Below, in pieces: positions 54,323 to 64,000 of a DNA stretch of 64,000 nt (positions are counted from its first letter, which is position 1; each line of letters starts with the position of its first letter). The notes under the pieces were generated by a model that did no database searches, had not been told where the DNA came from, and worked only from the letters and a program-made list of their open reading frames with translations. The translations under genes and the position numbers were made by a program. Source of the DNA: an uncultured delta proteobacterium (GTDB lineage Bacteria; Myxococcota_A; Polyangia; Polyangiales; Polyangiaceae); NCBI GenBank assembly GCA_963806225.1, contig CAWDXG010000004.1, positions 4,896,001-4,960,000 of the forward strand, written 5' to 3'.

Positions 54323-55553
54323 CTAGCGCCGTGCGGTCTCGTTGTCCTTGCGCACCAGATAGAAGAAATCGCGGCGCGAGCGCTGGCGGATATATTCGTC
54401 CTTGCTGAACTCGAAGCCCTCGGCGAGCGGATCGGCTTCGAGCTTGCCGTCATCCCCGGGGCGGTACAGCACGAACTTCGGGTACGACCAGTTCACGTCG
54501 AGCTGCGCCACGCTGCTGGCGCCCGCGAAATGCATGCCTTCCGCGATAGCGCGGCGCGGAAGTGTGATTCGAGATGCCGACGTAGAGGATCTTCCCCGTC
54601 CTGTCGATGCCGATGGCGGAGCGGCGGATCACGGTGTCGCCGTCGAGCGTCGCGCCCCAGGCTGTCGCGTCCTCGTTCCTGAGGCCGACGTGCATCTTGT
54701 CGTGGTCGTACATGCAGCCCGGCGTCTGGCGGTACCACTGCATGTCGTCGGCGCTGTCGGCGAGAGCCTTCCAGGCGCCGATCTTGAGCGTGTCGTCCTT
54801 GAAGTCGGCGACGACGCAGGCGCGCTTGCGCGGGCTGAGCAGCGTGACGCCGTCGACCTTCATGCCGTAGTGGCCGTGCTCCGTCTTGAAGCCGCCGTTG
54901 AACGCCGCCAGGAGCTCGGGCAGGTCCTTCTTCGCGATCAGCGCGGGCCGCTGGTACTTGCGGCCGTCTTCGGTGTTGGCCATCGGCTCGCGGCTGCCCG
55001 CCATCAGCTTGAGCTCCGTGCGCCTGAGGTCGATCGCGACCACGAACAGCTCCGCCCAGGAGCGGTTCTTGTCGGGGTGGATGAGCGTCTTGAACAGGTG
55101 CGGGTCGTCGTCCGGATGGCGCGGATCGTCGATCGCGACCCACACGCCGTCGCCAGGCGCCGACCAGTTCTTGTGCATCGGACCCACGTCCTTTGGCTGG
55201 AACGGGGGCAGCGGCGGCGGACCCTTGTCGGCGACCTTCTTCGGGCGGTGGCGCGGCTGGGCGTGGGCCGTCGGCACCTGCCAGTAGGCCTTGGGCTTGT
55301 CGTTCTTCTTCCAGATCTGGTTCCAGTCGTCCTCGACGCCGTACGCGAAATCCTCCAGCCGGGCGACCGCCCGGGTGCCCACGACCGCGCGCAGCGAGTC
55401 GGCCATCAGCGGCCCCATCCATTCCACCTTGTTGGCGGCGATGAACAGCGCCAGCGCCAGCGCGGGCAGTCCGATGCCCAGCCCCAGCAGCACCTGCTTG
55501 AGGCGGCTCCTGCGGCGGGGAGGGGACTTGGGGGCCTTGTGCTTCTTCCCCAT
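54323..55553 (-). CDS. Phosphodiester glycosidase (NAGPA/DUF2233-like) membrane-anchored protein, frameshift near 54550
   Basis: N-terminal transmembrane helix, LAAFNGGF, RRSAIGI, then AQLDVN in a second frame. Confidence 0.65.
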
Positions 55554-55646
55554 GGGCGGCCGAATCCTAGATCAGCGGCCCGGCCAGCGCCCGTTTCTTG
55601 CGGCTTTCGCCTATCCGGCGGCCGGTCCGGTGTAGGAAGGGGGTCG

Positions 55647-58600
55647 ATGTGCTGCGCACCCCGCCGCTGTCTGGCCCTCGTCGTGGGCCTCGTAGCGGTG
55701 CTGTTGCTCCCGGCCGCGGCACTGGCCCAGCAGCCGGGCGAAGAGCAGGTCAAGGGCGCGGCGGCCGGCGCCATCCCGAAGCTCTCGCCGCCGCCCGAGC
55801 TCGGCGCTCTGGCCGGCAAGCGCATCGTGCGCATCGAGGTGGCCACGGCCGGCGGGCGTTGGGTGCGGAAGGTGCAGCTCGAGCGTGTGCGGGTGGGCGA
55901 GCCGCTGAGCTATCGAGCTGGCCCGCCGTGCCATGCGCGAGCTGACCGACACCGGGCGCTACGCCACTGCGCGCGCCGAGGCGCTGCCCGAAGGTGACGG
56001 CGTGCTCCTCCGCGTCGTGGTGCTGCCGCGACGCATCATCGAGAGCGTCAAGCTGCTGGGCGGCGTGCTCGACGAGGACGAGACGCTGCGCGCGGCCGAG
56101 CGTGCACGACGGAGGCGAGCTCACCGCGCCAGAGCTGCCGGAGATCGCGCAGCGCATCCAGGCGCTACTATGCGCACCATGGATTCCCCACGGCAAAGGC
56201 GGATATCGACGTCATCGACACGGACGATCCGATGCAGGTGGTGCTGCTCATCACGCTGCACCCGGGGCCGCCCGCACGCCTGGCCGGCGTGAGCTTCGCG
56301 CTGTCGCCGCAGGGTGCTCCGGGCATCGATGCGGTGCTGTCGAGCTACAGCGTCCACGCGGGCGACCGCATTGACGACGAGCGGCTGGATCGCGGCCGAC
56401 CGCGCGCTGGAGAAGGAGCTCCGCACGCGGCGCTGGTTCCGCGCGCACAGTGGAGCACCGGATGCTGGCGACGAAGACCGGCGGGAGCTGGCTCCAGGTC
56501 GTCGTGCGCGCGGGCCCGCTGATGCAGCTGCGCTTCGAAGGCAATCGCCACTTCGACGCCTCCGAGCTGGAGGCCGCGCTCGAGCTCGATAAAACCGAGG
56601 ACCGCGTCGCCGGCGACGCTCGCCCAGCGCATCAAGGACTACTACGTCAAGCGTAGCTTCCTCGACGTGGAGGTCGAAGCCCACGAGCGCGGACGAGCCC
56701 GGCGCCGCTATCCACGATCTAGTGTTCGTCGTGCGCGAGCACCTGCCCGTGCTGGTGGCCCGCCGCGAGTACCCGTGCCTGACCGGCGAGCGCTCGCCCC
56801 GGAACAGGTCGGCAGCGAGATCGACAGCTTCCTGTCCGAGGAGCTGCCGGGCGCCGACATCCTCGGCTCGGTCAATCCGCGCGTGGTCGACGAGGTCTTC
56901 GGCCCGCACCACCCGACCGGCGCGCGCGTGGTGCCGTTCCAGCTCAATCCCTGGAAGACCTACGTGCCCGAGGTCTACGACCGCGCCATCAAGCACCTGC
57001 AGGATCTCTACCGCTCCGAGGGCTACCTGTCGGCGATGGTGGGACCCGCGCAGCTGCTCCGGCGCCGCTGCAGCCTGCGCTCGCCGCCCGGGCGCTGCAT
57101 TCCCGTGGGACCGCGCATCCGTCCGAAGACGACCTGCCAGTACGACGAGAACGGCCTGCCGCTGCCCGAGCCGCCGCCCGATCCGGCGCTCGCCTGCGTG
57201 CCGAATCCGGAGAAGGGCATCAGCTGCGAGCCCGACGTCGTGCTGCACATCCCGATCAAGCTCGGGCCGCGCACGCGCCTCTACGACATCGCCTTCGAGG
57301 GCAACAAGGCGCTGTACGAGAAGGAGCTCGAGGACGTGGCGGACCTCGATGCTCGGCGATCCGGTCTCGCAGGGCGAGCTGGAGAAGGCGCGCCGGCGCG
57401 TGCTCGATGCCTACGCCGAACAGGGCTACGCCTTCGCCGAGGTCGAGACGGCGCTCGACTTCTCGCCCGATCGCACCCGCGCCCGCGTGCGCTTCATCAT
57501 CAGCGAGCGCGAACAGGTGCGCGTCAAGGGCATCATCATCCGCGGCGCGCAGCGCACCAGCGAGAGCCTGATCCGCGGCCGCGTGGCGCTCGAGGTGGGG
57601 CAGCCCTACCGGCGCAGCGACGTGCGCAAGACCGAGGAGCGGCTGGCCACGCTGGGCGTGTTCTCGAGCGTCACGGTCGGCTTCGAGGATCCGTACGTTC
57701 CGGCGAAGGAGAAGGTCGTCATCATCACCGTGCAGGAACGCCTGCCGCAGTACCTGGACGTGCGCCCCGGCTTCAGCACGGGCGAGGGCATGCGCATCAC
57801 GTTCGAGTACGGCCACCGCAACCTGGGCGGCGAGGCGATCCAGCTGACGCTGCGCGTGCAGCTCGGCTACCTGCCGAACGCGTTCATCCTCGAGAAGCGA
57901 CGTGCGGCGGAAGTACGAGGAGCTCGACGTGGGCCAGCGGCTCGAACGCCGCAACACCGCCACCGTGGAGTTCCCGGAGATCGGGCTCGGCCCGCTGTTC
58001 CCGCTCAGCGTCGAGGGCGTCGACGTGCGCGACAACTCGCGCGACTACGGGCTGACCAAGGACGCCGGCATCCTGACGCTGATCTACCGCCCGAACCGGA
58101 AGTTCTCGGCGCAGATCGGCGGCTCGCTGGAGCTCAACACCGCCGAGATCTTCGGCAACGAGCAGAAGGACGCGCTGAGGACCTACGTCCAGAACAACCA
58201 GAACCTGCGCAACGCCTTCCGCGTGCCGCAGGGCACCACGTTGGCCGTCGCGCAGCGCATCGGACTTCACCTGGGACCGTCGCGACAATCCGTTCGATGC
58301 GACGCGCGGCACGCTGCTCTCGGCCAGCGTGGAGCACGTGCGCGCCAACCCGGTGGGCAAGACGGCCGAGAACGCGGGCGGATCCAGCGACGTCTTCACC
58401 GCCACGACCAGCGACTTCCTGCGCTTCACCAACCGGTTCGCCGGCTACGTGCGCCTGTCGAAGAAGGGGCTGGCGATCGCGGCGAGCTTCCGCTGGGGAT
58501 ACAACCACCAGCTGCTCACGCCCTGCCGCGACCCGAATGCGACCATCGCGCTCGGCAAGTGCTCGCAGACCTATCCGGACCGCCTCTTCTTCCTGGGCGG

Positions 58601-59018
58601 CGTCGACAGCATCCGCGGCTTTCTGCAGGACTCGCTGGTGCCGGAGGACGTGGCGCAGGAGCTGCTCCACCCGCAGAACCCCGCTGCGCCGCTCACCCTG
58701 AACGAGGTCGTGATCCGCGGCGGCGACTTCTTCGTCAATCCGCGCCTCGAGCTGCGCATCCCGATCACCGGCAACGTGCAGACCGCGCTCTTCCTCGACA
58801 CCGGCAACCTGTGGAACGACCCGAAGAAGGTGCTCGAGTACTTGCGCCTGCGCTACGCCGTCGGCACCGGCCTGCGCATCGGCACGCCCATCGGCCCGCT
58901 CGCCTTCGACTACGGCTTCAACATCGACCGCGTCCTCGACCAGATCGACCCGGCCCGCAAGAACCAGCGGTACTGGGAGGATCTGGGGGCATTCCACTTC
59001 AGCATCGGGCTGTTCTGA
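55647..59018 (+). CDS. BamA/TamA (Omp85)-family protein with POTRA repeats, multiply frameshifted
   Basis: POTRA-like segments (FEGN, YAEQGYAFAEV, LATLGVFSSV), HRNLGG, FFLGGVDSIRGF, GTGLRIGTPIGPLAFDYG, terminal FSIGLF. Confidence 0.8.
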
Positions 59019-59042
59019 CGGCCCGCGGCGCCTGCGCCCCGG

Positions 59043-59963
59043 CTACGGGTATTTCTGGTTCGTTGCGCCGGGAGTCGGGAGGTTGAGCGCGAAGTTGCCG
59101 GTGCCGTCGGGGAGGCGGCCCCAGGTCTGGCCGTCGACGGTGTTGGACGGATAGTCGACGAACGTCGCGTACGTGTTGTGGCTGTCGAGCAGGTAGACGC
59201 GCTCGCCGCTTCCGGAGACGGCGAAGGTCGCGTAGTAGCAGGACGAGGTGTAGCCGAGGCAGCTTGTCTTGGGTCCGCCGTTGGAGGACTGCTGCGCGAG
59301 GACGAGCAGGTACTTGCCGGGCGCGAGCGTGGTTCCCTTGGGGAAGTAGAGCGCGGTCGAGTAGTTGGGCGCGCCGTTTACGCCCTGCGCGTCGGTGACG
59401 CCCCAGCCGCCGAGGTCGGCGCTCGCCGAGCCGGCGTTCTTCAGCTCGACGAAGTCGGTGCCGCCGAGCGCGCGGATCTCGTTGATGACCACGAGTGGGC
59501 CGCCGGCGTCGCTGCCGCCCGTGCCTCCAGTTCCGCCGGTCGCGCCGGTTCCGCCGGTTGCACCCGAGCCGCCCACGCCGCTGCCGCCCGTGCCTCCGGT
59601 TGCGCCGCTGCCGCCCGTGCCTCCGGTTGCGCCGCTCCCGCCGGTTCCGCTGCCGCCGGTCGCGCCGGTTCCGCCCAGGCCACCGGTTGCGCCAGTTCCG
59701 CCCAGGCCGCCGCTGCCGCCGCTGCCGCCGACCGCGCCTGTTCCCCCGGTTGCACCGATCCCACCTGTGCCGGCGCTCCCGCCCGCTGCGGCGCCGCCGC
59801 CTGTGCCGGCACTGCCGCCGCCGGCACCCGCTGCACCTCCGCTTGCCGAGGCGTCGGCTTCCGGTCCAAGGCCGTTGAAGTCGGCGCCGACGATCGATGC
59901 GCACGCCGCGGCGGACAGCGCGCCGACCAGCAGTGCGGCCCCGGCTCCGTACCGCCATCCCAT
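59043..59963 (-). CDS. Lipoprotein with Gly-rich repeat linker and lamin-tail domain
   Basis: Lipobox AAAC, GGTGATGG repeats, VVINEI...DFVELKN, TWGRLPDG, PTPGATN. Confidence 0.8.
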   Translation of the reverse strand: MGWRYGAGAALLVGALSAAACASIVGADFNGLGPEADASASGGAAGAGGGSAGTGGGAAAGGSAGTGGIGATGGTGAVGGSGGSGGLGGTGATGGLGGTGATGGSGTGGSGATGGTGGSGATGGTGGSGVGGSGATGGTGATGGTGGTGGSDAGGPLVVINEIRALGGTDFVELKNAGSASADLGGWGVTDAQGVNGAPNYSTALYFPKGTTLAPGKYLLVLAQQSSNGGPKTSCLGYTSSCYYATFAVSGSGERVYLLDSHNTYATFVDYPSNTVDGQTWGRLPDGTGNFALNLPTPGATNQKYP

Positions 59964-60949
59964 CAGAATCGACCTCCGAGGTTCAGCGTCGCGCCTCCCG
60001 GCACGGTCCGGGCTTCGAGTGCGGTCCGCTCGTGGGGCTTGTGCGTCAGGATCAGCGTGACGCCGACACCCGTGCACACGGCGCCGGCGATGAACGACAC
60101 GGTGCTTGCGGTGGAGAGCGTCCTGCCGGCGCTTGCCGCGTCGAGCCCCTGCTGGTCGCAGCGCTTGTTGTTGCAGTGGCTGTTCACGACGTTCTTGCGT
60201 GACAGCACCATCGCGCCCAGGACCAGGCTGGTGGCGATGCCGGCGACGCCGACTCCTCCGATGACGTAGCCCGCCGTGCGCAGGCCGCTGCCGCTGTCGG
60301 TCCCGCGATCCTGCCGCGGAGGCGCGCTGCTCGTCGTCGGCGCGCTACCCGTCGGCCTGGTCGCGCCCGGTTGCGTCGCCGACGCCGGTCCCGGCTCGAT
60401 CACGAGCTCGCGCGTCTCGCCCTGGGCGAGCGACACCGTGTAACGCTTGTCGTCGTGTCCCGCCGCGTGCACCTCCACGACGTGCTCGCCGGGGTCGACC
60501 GGCAGGGACAGACCGTAGCTCGCGTGCCCGAGCTCGACCTGGTCGCGCAGCACGGTCACGTTGCTGGAGACGCCCGGCGCGAGGCGCAGGGTGAGGTGCG
60601 GCACGCGGTGCTCGAGCGCCGCGGCGCGTTTCCGCGCGACGGGGACGCGCGGGTCGCTCGGCGGCAGGATCTGCACGACCTCGCGGAAGCGCTGCCAGGC
60701 GCTCGCGAGCTTGCCGATCTTCTCGTTGCAGTTGCCCAGGTTGAATACCGTTCCGGGTTCCCGGTCCAGGCGGTTGCTCTCCCTGAAACGCGCGCAGGCC
60801 GTCGCGTAGTCGCCCTTGTCGGCCGCCTTGCGCCCCGCGCGAAACAGCGCTTCGGCCGTCGCGCTGTCGCGCGTCTGTCCGCGTGCAGTGGGTGCTGCAG
60901 CGAGCAGGCAGAGGACGCCGGCGGAGAAGAGGGCTCGTTTTTCGCGCAC
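59963..60949 (-). CDS. Exported TPR + PEGA-like protein with C-terminal hydrophobic region
   Basis: AEALFRAG...ACARFRES...NLGNC TPRs, PVDPGEHVV. Confidence 0.75.
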   Translation of the reverse strand: MREKRALFSAGVLCLLAAAPTARGQTRDSATAEALFRAGRKAADKGDYATACARFRESNRLDREPGTVFNLGNCNEKIGKLASAWQRFREVVQILPPSDPRVPVARKRAAALEHRVPHLTLRLAPGVSSNVTVLRDQVELGHASYGLSLPVDPGEHVVEVHAAGHDDKRYTVSLAQGETRELVIEPGPASATQPGATRPTGSAPTTSSAPPRQDRGTDSGSGLRTAGYVIGGVGVAGIATSLVLGAMVLSRKNVVNSHCNNKRCDQQGLDAASAGRTLSTASTVSFIAGAVCTGVGVTLILTHKPHERTALEARTVPGGATLNLGGRF

Positions 60950-60950
60950 G

Positions 60951-62385
<1,435 letters not shown>

Positions 62386-62551
62386 CCTGGAGGGATGATA
62401 ACCCCGTCCGCCAACCCCCGTCGAGCGGAGCGCAGGTCCGCGATATCGTACGGAAGCGCGAGGTGGGATAACCGCCCACCTGTACAACGGCGCCGGCAAG
62501 CCGCGTTGCCTGCGGTCCTGATTCCGCGCGGGCCGGTCGGAGCGAGCGACT

Positions 62552-63547
62552 CTACGCCGTGCCGCGCTCGTCCGCTTCCCGCTCGAGCCGCTGCCACTCG
62601 GCGATCAGCTGCGTGCGGGAGCCGACGCCGAGCTTGCGCGCTGCCCGGGTCAAGAGCGTGCTCACGGTTCCCACGGCGAGCCCGAGCTCGTAGGCGATGA
62701 GCTTGTTGGAGCGGCCGCGCGCAGCGAGCGTGGCCACCTGTCGCTCGCGCTCCGACAATGGCCGTACGGGAGCCGTTCCGAGCTTGTTCTGTCTCGCGAT
62801 GAGGAAGTGGCGACCGTCGGATTCGAAGCGATCCACCAGCGACCACTGGCCCGCGACGAGCGCACGCCAGGCGCCGACCGCTTCGTCGGGATCCGTCGTG
62901 CGGCGCGCTTTCGCGCGGTCGATCGCACGGGCGGCCTGGCGCAGCGCGACTTGCGCGTCGCGATCGCGCGCGTCGCCGCTGGCGTCGTAGAGCTTTCCAC
63001 CGGGGTCGAGCACGGCTTCTGCCGTCTCTGGCGTGTCGCGCCGGCGCAGACGCAGGCCTGCGCCCAGATGCGCCGCGATGCGCATCCAGGTGCGATGGGT
63101 CGAGGCTGAGAGGGCGTGCTCCTCGGGGAACAGAACGCTGAGGCAGACACCGGCGCCCCGGGGATCGTACGCCACGATCCCCATCGAATCGCACGCTCCG
63201 CACAGAGCGAGATGCGGGGCGACGTACGGCTGCTCGTTCAGACGCAGGTCCCGGAACGAGCTCAAGCTCGAGGCCAGGTTGACGTTGAACCCGTGGACGA
63301 TGACGTCTGCGGGCGCCTCGGCGAGAATGCCACGGTGGCAGTCTACGATGGCTTCTGCATCGCCGCCGACGGCAACGAATTCCTTCCAGATGGGGCGCTT
63401 GTGCGGCAGCTCGAACGTGAAGGCGGCCAGCCCCAGCCCCTCGTCCAGAGCAGGTCGCGCGGCCTCGCAGATCGCGGCGACCCAGTCACGTTCCGACGAC
63501 TCCTCGTCGTACGCCGCCTCGATCACGTTGATGAAATCGCGCTTCAC
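62552..63547 (-). CDS. LuxR-family transcriptional regulator
   Basis: LSERERQVATLAARGRSNKLIAYELG..GTV HTH at the C-terminus; N-terminal sensor-like domain. Confidence 0.85.
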   Translation of the reverse strand: MKRDFINVIEAAYDEESSERDWVAAICEAARPALDEGLGLAAFTFELPHKRPIWKEFVAVGGDAEAIVDCHRGILAEAPADVIVHGFNVNLASSLSSFRDLRLNEQPYVAPHLALCGACDSMGIVAYDPRGAGVCLSVLFPEEHALSASTHRTWMRIAAHLGAGLRLRRRDTPETAEAVLDPGGKLYDASGDARDRDAQVALRQAARAIDRAKARRTTDPDEAVGAWRALVAGQWSLVDRFESDGRHFLIARQNKLGTAPVRPLSERERQVATLAARGRSNKLIAYELGLAVGTVSTLLTRAARKLGVGSRTQLIAEWQRLEREADERGTA

Positions 63548-63572
63548 CAGAATCCGCTCCGGCTGGCTGTGC

Positions 63573-63929
63573 CTATTGCGCCTCGAGCTCGAGCGTTGCG
63601 AGCTTCAATGCCGCTTCTGCTCGCGACGACACTCCGAGCTTGCGGCAGGCGGCCGCCAGCTGGTTCTGGATCGTGAACACCGAGCGGCGTCGCGTTGCTG
63701 CGATCTCGGCGTTGGTGAGGCCGTCGACCGCCGCCCACAGGACCTCCGACTCCGCGCCGGATAGACCAGGGATCCTCGCGTGGGGGTGCGCCGGGTAGCT
63801 CAGGACGACGTACTCGCTGCTCCCTAGCTCCAGCGAGGAAGCCCTGAGCCCTGATGGCGGCTCACCCAGGGAGGCGAGCTTCCCGTTTCCTTTCGGCGGC
63901 TTGTGGGCGGGTCGCATGGCTCTCCACAT
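63573..63929 (-). CDS. Small LuxR-type HTH protein
   Basis: LSGAESEV...GLTNAEIAATRRRSVFTIQNQL...RKLGVSSR; start uncertain. Confidence 0.7.
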   Translation of the reverse strand: MWRAMRPAHKPPKGNGKLASLGEPPSGLRASSLELGSSEYVVLSYPAHPHARIPGLSGAESEVLWAAVDGLTNAEIAATRRRSVFTIQNQLAAACRKLGVSSRAEAALKLATLELEAQ

Positions 63930-64000
63930 GATGCATCGGGGTGGTGTTGGGGGGGAGGAATTTCGCCGCGGCGCGCGAGCTGATGTCTTCAAAACCGCCA

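Noticed and set aside
59515..59835. Low-complexity GC repeats
   Set aside because: Explained by the Gly-rich linker of the lamin-tail lipoprotein.

Overview
High-GC bacterial chromosomal window, most likely Myxococcota (Polyangiales/Sorangiineae-like). This is inferred from a MYXO-CTERM-type tail, a TIGR02266-type PilZ protein, four Hanks-type Ser/Thr kinases and a PP2C phosphatase. It carries about 45 genes, mostly housekeeping and signalling (proC, dnaJ, pcrA/uvrD, grpE, dnaK, dnaA, ccmE, hemE, hemY, rpiA, mutM, a BamA/TamA-family gene, an ECF sigma/anti-sigma pair) plus one tRNA-Gln(TTG). From about 35 kb onward many genes, including dnaA, are broken by single-base indels, which looks like long-read consensus error rather than real decay. 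The most striking unexplained structure is two intergenic tandem arrays (about 47.5-48.5 kb and 52.6-53.1 kb) of one 72-bp unit built around the 18-bp palindrome GACATAACCGGTTATGTC. There are 17 copies in total, no unique spacers and no cas or transposase genes in the window, and they lie 11-17 kb from dnaA. Other notable items: a candidate ~55-nt sRNA with a C-rich loop, an apparently circularly permuted alpha/beta-hydrolase lipoprotein, two kinase-STAND-TPR giants (one coupled to a patatin), and a repeated leaderless-promoter signature. All calls come from reading the sequence and recognising motifs; no database searches were run.
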